DNA of 64,000 nt from an uncultured Blastocatellaceae bacterium (GCA_964486055.1 CAZALE010000002.1:289048-353047), one strand, 5' to 3'. Counted from the first letter of the stretch, positions 46,406 through 57,502 are shown. The notes: generated by a model not told the origin, from the letters alone. Numbers and translations: made by a program.

Positions 46406-48196
46406 ATGGCAACACCAAAAAAGTTGAAGATCGTAGTTGTAGGTGGTGGATTAGCTGGCCTTTCTGCCACGATGAAAATAGCTGAGGCTGGTTACGACGT
46501 GGATTTGATCTCAGTTGTACCCGTTAAGCGTTCTCACTCAGTTTGTGCTCAGGGCGGTATCAATGGCGCCGTAAATACAAAAGGTGAAGGAGATTCTCCA
46601 TGGAAACACTTTGATGACACCGTCTATGGCGGAGATTTTTTAGCTGATCAACCACCAGTCAAAAGAATGTGCGAAATGGCTCCGCAGATAATTTACCTAT
46701 TCGATAGAATGGGCGTTCCTTTCTCTAGAACGCCAGAAGGATTAATAGATTTCCGTCGATTCGGCGGAACGCTTCATCATCGCACAGCTTATGCTGGGGC
46801 TTCGACAGGGCAACAACTCCTCTACGCCCTCGATGAACAAGTCAGAAAATATGAAGTCACAGGAAAAGTGACAAAATACGAAGGATGGGAGATGCTATCA
46901 CTCGTGCTCGACGATCACCAAGTCTGTCGCGGCGTCGTCGCAATGAATCTACAAACACTTGAACTGAAAGCCTTCTACGCGGATGCAGTGATAATAGCTA
47001 CTGGCGGCCCAGGATTGATCTTTGGAAAATCTACAAATTCCCAAACTTGCACGGGAAGTGCTGCTTCTGCATGCTATCAACAAGGAGCCAAATATGCTAA
47101 TGGTGAATTCATACAAGTCCATCCAACATCTATTCCTGGAGAAGACAAGCTACGGTTGATGAGCGAATCAGCACGCGGAGAAGGAGGAAGAATCTGGGTA
47201 CCACGCAAGAAAGGGGATAAAAGAGATCCAAGAGACATTCCAGAATCGGAACGCTGGTATTTTTTAGAGGAAAAATATCCCGCCTACGGAAATCTGGTTC
47301 CGCGTGATATCGCCACAAGAGAAATATTCCAAGTTTGTCTCGAAGGCTATGGTGTCAATGGCGAAAATCAGGTCTATCTAGATTTAACTCATATTCCAGC
47401 TGAAACTCTCAATAGAAAACTCGGTGCAATTTTAGAAATTTATGAAATGTTTGTCGGCGATGACCCCCGCCAAGTTCCAATGCGAATCTTCCCTGGAGTT
47501 CATTATTCAATGGGTGGACTCTGGGTCGATTACGAACAAAGAACGAACATACCAGGTTTACTAGCCGCAGGGGAATGTGATTTCTCAATTCATGGCGCCA
47601 ATCGTTTAGGTGCGAACTCATTAGTATCCTGTGTATATGGCGGATTCATTGCGGCAGCATCAGCCATCGAATATGCAAAAAACGTCGAACGAAAAGATAC
47701 TGAAACTAACGGTATACACGAAGCAGAAATAAAACGCCAACAAGAGATTAATGACCGCATAATCAAGAGCGAGGGACCTGAAAATCAATATAAAATTCAT
47801 GAAGAACTCGGCAAATGGATGACAGAAAACGTTACAGTCATCCGTTATAACGATAAATTGAAAGAGACAGACGCAAAAATCCTCGAATTGATGGATAGAT
47901 TCAAGCGCATATCGATAAATGATTCCAACTTATGGGCTACTCAAGCCTTGCCACATGCAAGGCAACTCTGGAACATGCTTGAGTTAGCACGCGTTATAAC
48001 GCTAGGAGCCTTGAATAGGAATGAATCCCGAGGCGCGCATTATAAACCTGAATTTCCCGAACGAAACGATGAAGAATGGTTAAAGACCACCATCGCTGAG
48101 TGGTCCGCTGAAGGTCCTGTTTTCAGCTATATTCCGGTTGATACTAGCTTGATTCCGCCTAGAAAACGAGACTACAGCAAACCGAAGGAGAAATAA
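46406..48196 (+). CDS. sdhA: succinate dehydrogenase flavoprotein subunit
   Basis: VVGGGLAGLSA FAD fold, RSHSVCAQGGI (His for covalent FAD), HPTS, GANRLGANSL and ESRGAHY motifs. Confidence 0.95.
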   Translation: MATPKKLKIVVVGGGLAGLSATMKIAEAGYDVDLISVVPVKRSHSVCAQGGINGAVNTKGEGDSPWKHFDDTVYGGDFLADQPPVKRMCEMAPQIIYLFDRMGVPFSRTPEGLIDFRRFGGTLHHRTAYAGASTGQQLLYALDEQVRKYEVTGKVTKYEGWEMLSLVLDDHQVCRGVVAMNLQTLELKAFYADAVIIATGGPGLIFGKSTNSQTCTGSAASACYQQGAKYANGEFIQVHPTSIPGEDKLRLMSESARGEGGRIWVPRKKGDKRDPRDIPESERWYFLEEKYPAYGNLVPRDIATREIFQVCLEGYGVNGENQVYLDLTHIPAETLNRKLGAILEIYEMFVGDDPRQVPMRIFPGVHYSMGGLWVDYEQRTNIPGLLAAGECDFSIHGANRLGANSLVSCVYGGFIAAASAIEYAKNVERKDTETNGIHEAEIKRQQEINDRIIKSEGPENQYKIHEELGKWMTENVTVIRYNDKLKETDAKILELMDRFKRISINDSNLWATQALPHARQLWNMLELARVITLGALNRNESRGAHYKPEFPERNDEEWLKTTIAEWSAEGPVFSYIPVDTSLIPPRKRDYSKPKEK

Positions 48197-48200
48197 GTTT

Positions 48201-49001
48201 ATGACCATGAGAAATGGACACAAAAAGAAAGTTTTAGAGAATCCACCTGAAAAGGTAGAAATAAGGATACAGAGACGTGATCGTCTCGATTCACCCGCGT
48301 ACTGGCAATCTTTTGAGATCAGTTATCGAAGGAACTTAAACGTAATCTCTGCTTTAATGGAAATTCGTAAAAATCCAGTCACCAAAGACGGAGAAAAAGT
48401 AAATCCGCCCGTCTGGGATATGAGCTGTCTCGAGCAAGTCTGTGGAATATGCACCATGGTAATCAACGGACGAGTCAGGCAAGCATGTTCTGCTTTAGTC
48501 GATGATCTAATCATAGTCTCACAAAGCAATATAATAACTCTACAACCTATGTCGAAATTCCCAAACATTCGGGACCTGAAAGTCGATAGATCCAGAATGT
48601 TCGAGCATTTAAAGAGAGTGCGCGCTTGGATAGAATTAGATGGAACACATGATTTAGGACCTGGCCCTAAAATATCAAATAAAGAAGCCCAAGAAAGATA
48701 TGTTTACTCTCGATGCATGACCTGTGGCTGTTGTCTGGAAGCATGTCCTCAATATCATGATGGTAATTACATAGGCCCCCAAGCAATAGCCCAAGTAAGG
48801 CTTTTTAACATGCACCCTACAGGAACAAATACCAAAGAAGAAAGATTACAAGCACTCATGGGAGAAGATGGGATTACGAATTGCGGGAATGCCCAGAACT
48901 GCGTAAAAGTTTGTCCAATGAATATCCCACTTACTAAGGCAATATACGAAACCAATAGAGAAATCACGGTCGACATGTTGTTCGGCTGGCTTAGAAAATA
49001 A
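48201..49001 (+). CDS. sdhB: succinate dehydrogenase iron-sulfur subunit
   Basis: Cys clusters CxxxxCGxC...C, CMTCGCCLEAC and CGNAQNCVKVCP. Confidence 0.9.
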   Translation: MTMRNGHKKKVLENPPEKVEIRIQRRDRLDSPAYWQSFEISYRRNLNVISALMEIRKNPVTKDGEKVNPPVWDMSCLEQVCGICTMVINGRVRQACSALVDDLIIVSQSNIITLQPMSKFPNIRDLKVDRSRMFEHLKRVRAWIELDGTHDLGPGPKISNKEAQERYVYSRCMTCGCCLEACPQYHDGNYIGPQAIAQVRLFNMHPTGTNTKEERLQALMGEDGITNCGNAQNCVKVCPMNIPLTKAIYETNREITVDMLFGWLRK

Positions 49002-49025
49002 CCACAGAAAAACTTAATGGAGCTT

Positions 49026-49063
49026 ATAAAGCTTAAAAGCCCTCCGGGGCTTTTAAGCTTTAT
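49026..49063 (+). terminator. 17-bp perfect hairpin just after sdhB
   Basis: ATAAAGCTTAAAAGCCC-tccg-GGGCTTTTAAGCTTTAT. The tail is A-rich with a short T stretch, so it is atypical. Confidence 0.55.
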
Positions 49064-49131
49064 AAAAAATTTGAGAAAGCTTCCAATTAATCTTCTTGGC
49101 TAACCAGAGACATAACTAACTCAAACACTAA

Positions 49132-49177
49132 AATGTATAACGTTCAACTAACGCTGAACGTTATACATTGCTTTTTT
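49132..49177 (+). terminator. second, canonical rho-independent terminator
   Basis: AATGTATAACGTTCA-actaacgc-TGAACGTTATACATT followed by GCTTTTTT. Confidence 0.7.
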
Positions 49178-49212
49178 CACTTTAAGATAAGGAGAAGAAA
49201 GACGAAAAAAAA

Positions 49213-49298
49213 TGGCTACCAGCTGTTATTGGGGATGATGAGGGAAAGGAGGAGAAACTGGATAGGGTTAGCGCAAACCGATTAACAGCTGATAGCCA
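49213..49298. other. 86-nt long-range hairpin in non-coding DNA (candidate structured RNA)
   Basis: TGGCTACCAGCTGTTA (49213-49228) pairs with TAACAGCTGATAGCCA (49283-49298): 16 bp with one C/A mismatch. It encloses a purine-rich segment and an inner GGTT-agcgca-AACC hairpin. Confidence 0.35.
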
Positions 49299-49645
49299 AT
49301 ATTAGACTCTACAGGCTTTTCTCTTTGCTATCCCTTTTGCCTCTCCTGGGGTTTCAAATAACTACCTAACTCGTCTTATTTTAGTGTCTCGGTCTTGTGT
49401 CCGCTCTTCGGAAATCCCTCGACCCGCTTCCCATTTTGTACACAAAGCAATAATCATGCCATTAGGCTATCCCGACTTTAAATATCGATTTAATCTCTAT
49501 TTGCGATAACATCACCTAAACCTCCATTATCAATCTTCTATCAATATGAACGGCTTTTGTTTCAAAATGATAGAAATTGAACGAATATCGCGCGAAGAAA
49601 TTTTCTTTTAGGAGTAAAAGAGCGGAAATGATAAACTAGATATCG

Positions 49646-50104
49646 ATGAATGTAGCCAGAAAAGTATCAAAGTCAGGATACGATATAACACCAATCGATG
49701 AACAAACAAGGCTGCGGTTAGCTTCCACACTTGATGAAGAATCTTACAGGGTCCTAATAAATCATGGTACAGAGCCCCCTTTCTGCGGTAATTTAACCTA
49801 TAACAAAGAGGAAGGAACTTACGCCTGTAAGCTTTGCGGACTGCCCTTATTTTCATCAGATTCTAAATTTGATTCTGGGACTGGTTGGGCCTCTTTCTAT
49901 GCCCCTTTCGATGAAGAGCACATAAAATATTATCGTGATCTCTCATTTGGGATGGTCAGAATAGAAATAAGATGCGCTAGATGTGACGGACATCAGGGAC
50001 ATGTTTTCAATGATGGGCCACCACCTACCGGTCTACGTTACTGCGTCAACTCTGCCTCCTTAGAATTTTTTCCAAAAGAAAGCCAGATTCCACAAAAAAT
50101 TTAA
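49646..50104 (+). CDS. msrB: peptide-methionine (R)-S-oxide reductase
   Basis: Two CxxC zinc pairs (CKLCG, CARCDGH), GTGWASF, and the RYCVNS catalytic Cys motif. Confidence 0.9.
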   Translation: MNVARKVSKSGYDITPIDEQTRLRLASTLDEESYRVLINHGTEPPFCGNLTYNKEEGTYACKLCGLPLFSSDSKFDSGTGWASFYAPFDEEHIKYYRDLSFGMVRIEIRCARCDGHQGHVFNDGPPPTGLRYCVNSASLEFFPKESQIPQKI

Positions 50105-51450
50105 CTCTTTTCCACATTAATTCCCAAAGCCTTCATTCGACGATATAGATGACTTCTATCGATTCCCATTAGCTCCGCAGCCTTTGATATATTTCCACCA
50201 GCCTCTGCGATCTTTTGCTCTATGAATCTTCTCTGAAATTCATCAATGGCTTGTTTGAAAGATGGAAAACGCAAGCTCGAAGGTAGCGTAAAATCGGTTG
50301 GGAATGCTGGTAAATCCTTAGCTGCTATTTTATCCTTTGCAACCGTTATAACTATTCTCTCGATTGTATTCTTCAACTCTCTAACATTTCCGGGCCAACT
50401 ATATTCCTGCATTGCCTCTACAGCGTCCTTGAGAAATTCCTTGGGTCTTTTACCGTATGCAGCAGAAAATTTATGGTTAAAATGCTCGATTAGCAAAGGT
50501 ATGTCCTCGACTCTCTCGCGCAATGGTGGTATTTGAAATGGAATTACGTTCAAACGATAAAAAAGATCATGACGAAAATCCCCGGACTCGATCAATTCAT
50601 CGAGATCTTTGTTAGTTGCAGAAATAATTCGCACATCTACTTTCACTGGTGTATTACTTCCGAGTGGTTCAAACCTTCCCTCTTCGAGGACACGCAACAT
50701 TTTTGCCTGCATTCTCGGCGACATATCACCTATTTCATCCAAAAATAATGTACCTCCATCAGCAATTTCAAATTTACCCTTACGAGATTGCGTGGCTCCC
50801 GAAAAAGCTCCTTTAACATACCCAAAAAGCTCTGATTCGATGAGATCCTCCGGAATAGCTGCAGAATTAATCTCGACAAATGGAGCATGTTTTCTTTTGG
50901 ACTGATTATGAATCGCTCTTGCAACTAATTCCTTTCCCGTGCCAGATTCACCAAATATTAAGACTCTACCATCCGTATCAGCAACTATCGATATCTGCTT
51001 CCTTAAGGCTCTCATAGCTACTGACTCCCCTATCATCACATACTCTTGATTTAAGCTTTGCTCTAACTCGGCATTTTTTATCTCTAATTGATGTGTTCGA
51101 ATCGCGTTTCTGACTGTCAGTACAGTTTTTGCAAGCGAGAGAGGCTTTTCTATGAAATCATAAGCTCCGAGCTTGACTGCAGCGACAGCAGTTTCTATGT
51201 TTCCGTGTCCAGAGATAACCACAACAGCTGAGTCATTGCCTTGCTCACGTAAAAGCTTGAGGGTCTTCAGTCCATCGATGCCTGGCAACCATATATCAAG
51301 CAGAATGCATGCATAGTTCTTTACCTCAGCGAGTTTCAAGCATTCCTCACCAGATGAAACTGAGTCCACCTCATATCCCTCATCTTCAAGCACTGCGCGC
51401 AACGATTCTTGTATCTTTACTTCATCATCTACAATCAAAACTTTTTGCAT
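50101..51450 (-). CDS. sigma-54-dependent response regulator (NtrC family: REC-AAA+-Fis HTH)
   Basis: REC ([12 protein letters not shown]), Walker [15 protein letters not shown] (GAFTGA variant), ESELFGY, and a C-terminal HTH ([21 protein letters not shown]). Confidence 0.9.
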   Translation of the reverse strand: MQKVLIVDDEVKIQESLRAVLEDEGYEVDSVSSGEECLKLAEVKNYACILLDIWLPGIDGLKTLKLLREQGNDSAVVVISGHGNIETAVAAVKLGAYDFIEKPLSLAKTVLTVRNAIRTHQLEIKNAELEQSLNQEYVMIGESVAMRALRKQISIVADTDGRVLIFGESGTGKELVARAIHNQSKRKHAPFVEINSAAIPEDLIESELFGYVKGAFSGATQSRKGKFEIADGGTLFLDEIGDMSPRMQAKMLRVLEEGRFEPLGSNTPVKVDVRIISATNKDLDELIESGDFRHDLFYRLNVIPFQIPPLRERVEDIPLLIEHFNHKFSAAYGKRPKEFLKDAVEAMQEYSWPGNVRELKNTIERIVITVAKDKIAAKDLPAFPTDFTLPSSLRFPSFKQAIDEFQRRFIEQKIAEAGGNISKAAELMGIDRSHLYRRMKALGINVEKS

Positions 51451-51560
51451 CTTTTACTCTCTTGATCTTCGTAAATTATACGAAAATTTCTTTTATTTAT
51501 ATTTTCTTTTCTATTGTCTCTCAAAAATAAAACCTGTAAAATACACTTAGTTCAAACTCG

Positions 51561-52040
51561 ATGCTGGGGCTAAAAATCATGACTAATGAAATCCCACAAC
51601 GAAGATATGTAAGATTTTCTCTTGATATTCCTGCAGTCCGTCGCGATGAGAAATGGCAGAAAATCAAGACCCTTATACATCAAATAAGCCTCGGTGGTTG
51701 TCTTATTAGCTGGAGTGACGATATCTTCCCAGGTGATGACTTTCGCCTGGAGATACCTCTCCCAAACGGTAACTACCTTCCACTACAAGCACGCGCTCTA
51801 TATAAATTTCCGGGTAAAGGAATCGGTGCTAAATTTTTAGACATAACTGAATTCGAACAAAAACTGCTAGCAGATATAATCATTGATCGTTTGGAAAAAG
51901 AAGGATTACCATTTGCCGTAGACCCCTTCACACGCCCGCCTGCATACATAAAAGACTCAGACAAAGCCAATCAAAATGATCCTAGAATGGTACAAGAGAA
52001 AACAGTAGAACAGATTCTATCATCCGAAACTTCTAGCTAG
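51561..52040 (+). CDS. PilZ-domain protein (candidate c-di-GMP receptor)
   Basis: RRYVR (RxxxR) followed about 30 aa later by QISLGGC (a [D/N]xSxxG variant). Alternative start at ATG 51579. Confidence 0.6.
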   Translation: MLGLKIMTNEIPQRRYVRFSLDIPAVRRDEKWQKIKTLIHQISLGGCLISWSDDIFPGDDFRLEIPLPNGNYLPLQARALYKFPGKGIGAKFLDITEFEQKLLADIIIDRLEKEGLPFAVDPFTRPPAYIKDSDKANQNDPRMVQEKTVEQILSSETSS

Positions 52041-52228
52041 TTCACATTAAACCTTTTAGCAAAAGTCTTACTAAGAATACTTTTGGTTAACCCACTAATA
52101 AATCATCTGAATACGATGAAAATTAGAGAAGATGCTTTTTGCTACACATAACTCATAAGAAGCTATACTTGAAGCAAGTTAGCATCTTCCCTGTATTTAA
52201 AGGAGACCTCTCAGATTCAAGCCTTGAA

Positions 52229-54772
52229 TCATTCAGGATCATCTTCCTGCAATATGGAGGCACTTGTTACTAAATCATCTTCGTCTGTTCTTATCAAAAC
52301 AACGCCCTGTGCTCCCCTTCCCGTTTCGCGTATCTTATCGACGCCGATTCTTATTAACTTACCTTGCTTCGTTATTATCATAACCTCAGAATTTTCATCA
52401 ACAGGAAAGGCAGCTGCCACCTTACCAGTTTTCTCCGTTGTTTTAATGTTTATGACACCATAAGCACCTCGTTTGGTCAGGCGATAACTGCCAACCTGTG
52501 TTTGCTTACCATAGCCTTTTTCCGAGATTGTCAGGATTTTTTCGTTCGCTTCTGGCGAAATAGCACAAGCGGAAACCACAAAATCCCCATCTCGCAGCGA
52601 AATGCCGCGCACGCCTCTAGCTGATCTACCCATTGGACGCACATCATCTTCATTAAACCTTACGGCCATTCCATCATGAGTCGCTATAAAGATCTGCTTA
52701 GTTCCATCTGTCTCTATAACTTCAATTAGCTCATCGTCTTCATCAATATTTATTGCATTTATTCCAGTAACGCGTATATTTTGATATTCAGAGAGAGGAG
52801 TTTTCTTAATCACGCCTTTTTTAGTGATAAAGGTTAGATACTTATCCTCGGTGAAATCCTTTACCGCTAAAACAGATACGATTTTCCTGTCCGATGGGAT
52901 AGCAATTAAATTGACTATTGCCTTGCCTCTGGCTGAAGGTTCAGCCTCTGGAATTTCATGAACTTTCAACTTGTAGACCTGTCCATCATCTGTAAAAACT
53001 AAAAGATAAGAATGAGTCGAAGCGATGAAAAGATGATCAACGAAATCATCGTTTTTAGCCTTTGCACCTAATCTCCCTCGTCCTCCTCTTCCCTGTCTCG
53101 AATAACTGGAAACAGGAGTCCTCTTAACATATCCCATCTTTGTTACGGTTATTACAACGTTTTCATCAGGAATTAAATCCTCGATTTTTATCTCAACTCC
53201 AGCATCAACTATCTTAGTTCTACGATTATCACCAAATTGCTTCTTCACTTCCTGTAGCTCTTTAATTATTACCTGCCTGAGCAGTTCCTCACTTGCCAGA
53301 ATTGCTTCTAGCTCAGATATAAGCTTCAAAAGTCCTTCTAATTCATCGATTATCTTTTGCCTTTCTAATTGAGAGAGACGTCTTAATTGTAAGTCTAAGA
53401 TAGCCTGAGCCTGAGCATCAGAGAATTTGAGTTCTGAGATGGTTTTTTGCAAGTCCTTTAAAAAGCCCGCTAAAGTTTTCGTTTCTGGAATACCTTTCCA
53501 ATTCTTTACTTCATTTATAGTAGTGAAATCACCGATCAGCCAATTTTTAGCTTCCTCTGTCGAGCGAGAGTTGCGAACTAATGGAATTATGTAATCGAGA
53601 AAGTCTATCGCTTTATTCAGACCTTCGAGTATATGAGCTCTGGCCTTGGCTTTTCTTAAATCATATTCAGTTCTTCGTTTTACGACCTCGCGCCTGAAGT
53701 TTACAAAAGCCTCTAGAAGTCCTTTTAAAGTTAGAACCTTCGGTTGCCCATTAACGAGCGCTAGATTGATGATACCGAAGCTAGACTGCATCGGAGTTAG
53801 TTTGTAAAGTTTATTCAATATAATCTGTGGAACAGCGCCTCTCTTAAGTTCTATTACTATTCTTATTCCTTCTCGATTAGATTCGTCTCGTATTTCTGCT
53901 ATGTCTTCCAGCTTTCGCTCTTGCACCAATTCAGCTATTTTCTCTATTAGCTTTGCTTTATTAACCTGGTAAGGAATTTCCGTTATCACAATTGCGTCGC
54001 GCTCGGTAGCTCCTCTGCCAATCCGGTCAATTGCAGCTTTGGCACGTATCTGAATTACTCCTCGCCCTTCCCTATAGGCTTTGTATATCTCATCTCGTCC
54101 ATAAATGAAACCACCCGTCGGGAAGTCAGGACCAGGAATGTATTTGATCAATTCATCGACGCTCATATCTGGATTTTTTATAAGTTCTATGGTCGCATCT
54201 ATTACTTCAGAGAGATTGTGAGGCGGAATTTTAGTAGCCATACCAACCGCAATCCCCTCCGATCCATTAACTAAAAGATTAGGAAAGCGGGCTGGCAGAA
54301 TCTTTGGCTCAGCAAGAGAATTATCGTAATTTGGTTGAAAATCCACAGTTTCTTTCTCGATATCCGCTAGTAATTCCTCAGCGATGCGAGACATTCTGAT
54401 TTCGGTGTATCGCTGTGCGGCTGCAGCATCACCGTCTATACTTCCGAAGTTTCCCTGCCCATCTATCAATGGATAGCGCATTGAAAAATCCTGAGCCATG
54501 CGCACGATAGTTTCATAAACTGCCATGTCCCCGTGAGGATGATATTTACCCAAACATTCACCGACAACGCGTGCCGATTTCTTATAAGGTTTATTGTGAG
54601 TATTGCCTAATTCATGCATAGCCCATAAGACACGACGATGAACTGGTTTAAGGCCATCACGCACGTCTGGTAAGGCGCGGCCAATGATTACGCTCATCGC
54701 ATAATCAAGGTATGAACGCCGCATTTCGTCTTCAATGCTTACTTGATTTTGAAAAAAATTACTTGCTTCCAT
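52229..54772 (-). CDS. gyrA: DNA gyrase subunit A
   Basis: [32 protein letters not shown] (catalytic Tyr), and C-terminal beta-pinwheel repeats. Confidence 0.97.
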   Translation of the reverse strand: MEASNFFQNQVSIEDEMRRSYLDYAMSVIIGRALPDVRDGLKPVHRRVLWAMHELGNTHNKPYKKSARVVGECLGKYHPHGDMAVYETIVRMAQDFSMRYPLIDGQGNFGSIDGDAAAAQRYTEIRMSRIAEELLADIEKETVDFQPNYDNSLAEPKILPARFPNLLVNGSEGIAVGMATKIPPHNLSEVIDATIELIKNPDMSVDELIKYIPGPDFPTGGFIYGRDEIYKAYREGRGVIQIRAKAAIDRIGRGATERDAIVITEIPYQVNKAKLIEKIAELVQERKLEDIAEIRDESNREGIRIVIELKRGAVPQIILNKLYKLTPMQSSFGIINLALVNGQPKVLTLKGLLEAFVNFRREVVKRRTEYDLRKAKARAHILEGLNKAIDFLDYIIPLVRNSRSTEEAKNWLIGDFTTINEVKNWKGIPETKTLAGFLKDLQKTISELKFSDAQAQAILDLQLRRLSQLERQKIIDELEGLLKLISELEAILASEELLRQVIIKELQEVKKQFGDNRRTKIVDAGVEIKIEDLIPDENVVITVTKMGYVKRTPVSSYSRQGRGGRGRLGAKAKNDDFVDHLFIASTHSYLLVFTDDGQVYKLKVHEIPEAEPSARGKAIVNLIAIPSDRKIVSVLAVKDFTEDKYLTFITKKGVIKKTPLSEYQNIRVTGINAINIDEDDELIEVIETDGTKQIFIATHDGMAVRFNEDDVRPMGRSARGVRGISLRDGDFVVSACAISPEANEKILTISEKGYGKQTQVGSYRLTKRGAYGVINIKTTEKTGKVAAAFPVDENSEVMIITKQGKLIRIGVDKIRETGRGAQGVVLIRTDEDDLVTSASILQEDDPE

Positions 54773-55043
54773 ACTTACTAACCTAAAGGTAATGTTTGTT
54801 TAAGCTAAATTTTTCGTATAACTTAAATTTTACTAGCCATTGGCCTCATTGACAAAGCTTGCTCCTTTTTAAAATTCTATCGTCAAATCTCCCACAAATA
54901 CGCGCCAGCATACAAATCGATAAAACAATTTACTAAGCCATTACTATTTCGAGCCATTATTAATTTTCCTGAATCACTAAAAAAGTTATACTTTAATTTT
55001 GCTAATTTGAAGCCAAACACACGATAGGGGTATTCTAAAGAAG

Positions 55044-55940
55044 ATGGAAGACATAGCGATAGACGTCAGAAAGGATGATAGTATAGTTTTGCGTGAGAAA
55101 ATTAGATCTTACGTCGAACTCACCAAACCAAGAATTGCATTCATGCTAGTTCTAACAGCAGCTGCCGGATTTTACCTGGGATCTACAAATTTTGACTTGT
55201 TGCTTTTCTTGAGATCAATCTTAGGAATAACGCTTCTTGCTTTCGGAACTGCGGCACTTAACCAATATATCGAACGCAAGAGTGATGCCTTAATGGAAAG
55301 AACTGCTTCTCGGCCTCTACCTTCAGGAAAGCTAGCTGGAAAAGAAGCCTTGTTATTTGGAATTGTTCTCTGTCTCTTGGCTGAGGCAATACTTTTTATT
55401 TTAGTCAATACAATGACTGGCATCCTCGGGCTTTTAGTTATATTGGGATACGTATTTCTCTATACACCATTGAAGAGAGTGACTACGCTCTCTACAGTTG
55501 TAGGTGCCTTCCCTGGAGCTATGCCGCCTCTTATGGGTTGGACTTCAGCCGCAGATCAAATCTCAGTTCAAGCATGGATACTATTCGCCATTATATTTTT
55601 CTGGCAGTTTCCCCATTTTCTTTCGATAGCTTGGATATACAGAGATGAATACTCGAAGGCTGGCATCAAAATGCTACCGGTAGTCGATAAAGATGGAAAA
55701 TTGACGGTTAGACAAGTCATTATCTTTACTCTTTTACTGATAGCAACAAGTATCATGCCTTTCTTACTAGGGATGACGGGAATCATCTACCTAATGGCCG
55801 CCATTAGCTTTGGGGCTTACTTTTTATACTGTTCATTAGAGATGGCACGGAAGAAATCTGTCGCCGCTGCAAGAAAGGTTTTAATTGCTTCAGTCTTATA
55901 CTTGCCGTTAATTTTTGCATTGATGGTAATAAACCACTGA
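55044..55940 (+). CDS. ctaB: protoheme IX farnesyltransferase (heme O synthase)
   Basis: UbiA-family polytopic protein with the NQYIERKSDALMERTASRPLPSG motif. Confidence 0.9.
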   Translation: MEDIAIDVRKDDSIVLREKIRSYVELTKPRIAFMLVLTAAAGFYLGSTNFDLLLFLRSILGITLLAFGTAALNQYIERKSDALMERTASRPLPSGKLAGKEALLFGIVLCLLAEAILFILVNTMTGILGLLVILGYVFLYTPLKRVTTLSTVVGAFPGAMPPLMGWTSAADQISVQAWILFAIIFFWQFPHFLSIAWIYRDEYSKAGIKMLPVVDKDGKLTVRQVIIFTLLLIATSIMPFLLGMTGIIYLMAAISFGAYFLYCSLEMARKKSVAAARKVLIASVLYLPLIFALMVINH

Positions 55941-56014
55941 AACTGCTTTGATAAACTTCTGTAAAAATATTCACTGCCTGAATAAGAAAAGGTCATCGCA
56001 ACAAGGAGCTTGTT

Positions 56015-56746
56015 ATGGAGATTCAAACAGGACATGTAGACATCGAACGAGAGGAAAAAGTAAGAACACATAAGAGACGAAGCTCTGGTTTGACAGGTGG
56101 TGGAGGCGGAAACAATGGCAGAAAAAAAGGCGGTGGAGGCGGAGGAGATAACTTCGATGATAAAAACCCAATAAACGAAGCTGAACAATTCCGCCCTAAT
56201 AAACTACGCATTGGAATGTGGTTTTTACTCGTAGTCGTGCTAATGACCTTCGGAGGTCTTATCAGCGCTTATCTCGTAATAGCTACTAATAAAACTGCCG
56301 AATGGAAGCCATTTAATCTACCATTTCAAGTGTGGATAAGCACTTTCTTAATTCTAGCCAGCACGTTTACTATCGAGATGTCTAGACGTAAGCTGTTTTT
56401 AAATCAGCAAAAATCAGCGCGAGATTGGTTACTAGCAACTACTATCTTGGGGGCTATGTTTATCGCTTCTCAGCTTATGCTATGGTTCAGGCTATGGAAA
56501 ATGGGTGTTTATCTACAAGGTAATCCATATGCAGGCCTTTTCTACATACTAACAATTGCTCATGCTATACATGTCATCGGAGGCATAATAGGCCTCGGAT
56601 ATATAGTTTTACGAGCTTGGAATAAAACCGCGAATACTGAAGAAATATTGAGGCGTCAAACCTCTGCTACAGTTGTCAGTTGGTATTGGCACACAATGGA
56701 TGGACTATGGCTCATTTTACTCGGGCTCTTGGTGTTCTATAAATAA
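56015..56746 (+). CDS. ctaE: heme-copper (cytochrome c) oxidase subunit III with Gly-rich N-terminal extension
   Basis: AHAIHVIGGIIGL and WYWHTMDGLWLILLGLLVF blocks. The N-terminus has GLTGGGGGNNGRKKGGGGGGD. Confidence 0.8.
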   Translation: MEIQTGHVDIEREEKVRTHKRRSSGLTGGGGGNNGRKKGGGGGGDNFDDKNPINEAEQFRPNKLRIGMWFLLVVVLMTFGGLISAYLVIATNKTAEWKPFNLPFQVWISTFLILASTFTIEMSRRKLFLNQQKSARDWLLATTILGAMFIASQLMLWFRLWKMGVYLQGNPYAGLFYILTIAHAIHVIGGIIGLGYIVLRAWNKTANTEEILRRQTSATVVSWYWHTMDGLWLILLGLLVFYK

Positions 56747-56921
56747 TTTCGAACTCTGCAAACCTCCCTTAGAAAATGCTCTCTGAATCGAGATTGATTT
56801 TTGAGATCCTCAGTTGCGTTTAAATCAATGATGATTCATCGTTTTAAACCAATAGCCATATGATTTTCATTTAGAGATTTTCAGTGCTAAGAGATTACTC
56901 TTAAGTGAGGATAAGAAGTTT

Positions 56922-57473
56922 ATGAATCAATCACCAAGTTTATTTTCAGAGCGAAAATCTAATAGATGGATAGATATAGTTTCAGTAGTTGTTCTGATAG
57001 TTGTAATAGTTTTGCTTTCCATGCAAGATAAGTTTTATTTCGGAGAATGGACTAGATCAATTCCTCATGCTATCGGTATAATAAACACCTTGACTACCAT
57101 ATCCTTGATAGCTGGCTTGATTTTCATTAAGCAAGGTAAGATAAACTTGCATCGTAATGCAATGCTTTTCTCGTTCCTCCTAGGAAGTTTATTTTTAGTT
57201 CTATATGTCACGTACCATCTTTCCAATCGGCCGATGTATTTCTCTGGACAGGGATTTATACGTTATCTATATTTCTTCATACTCATTAGTCATGTGGCTC
57301 TATCAATTGTAGTATTACCCCTGGTCTTAAGAGCACTACTCTTCGCATTAATTGATGACTTCGTCAGGCACAAGAAAATCGTGAAATTTGCCTACCCGAT
57401 TTGGTTATACGTCTCCATCACGGGAGTGCTCGTTTACCTATTCAATAACATCCTCTATCAGTCGAATCGTTAA
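56922..57473 (+). CDS. DUF420 (CtaM/YozB-like) membrane protein associated with oxidase clusters
   Basis: Four-TM ~180-aa protein with His-containing helices (HRNAM, ISHVALS). Oxidase-cluster context. Confidence 0.6.
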   Translation: MNQSPSLFSERKSNRWIDIVSVVVLIVVIVLLSMQDKFYFGEWTRSIPHAIGIINTLTTISLIAGLIFIKQGKINLHRNAMLFSFLLGSLFLVLYVTYHLSNRPMYFSGQGFIRYLYFFILISHVALSIVVLPLVLRALLFALIDDFVRHKKIVKFAYPIWLYVSITGVLVYLFNNILYQSNR

Positions 57474-57502
57474 AAAGTTTCTTAAGTTTTTGAAAAAAGT
57501 TC

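Noticed and set aside
49200-49440. Possible RNase P, tmRNA, 6S or SRP RNA in the sdhB-msrB gap
   Set aside because: None of the universal blocks I know is present on either strand: GAGGAAAGUCC for RNase P, the tRNA-like GGUUCGA...CCA end for tmRNA, the GGAA/AGCA SRP domain IV motif. The element is kept only as an unclassified structured-RNA candidate.
55817-56188. 123-aa minus-strand ORF bridging the ctaB end and the ctaE start (and a 62-aa ORF with a PPPPPP run)
   Set aside because: Antisense to both genes. The proline run is simply the complement of the Gly-rich GGN repeat in ctaE.
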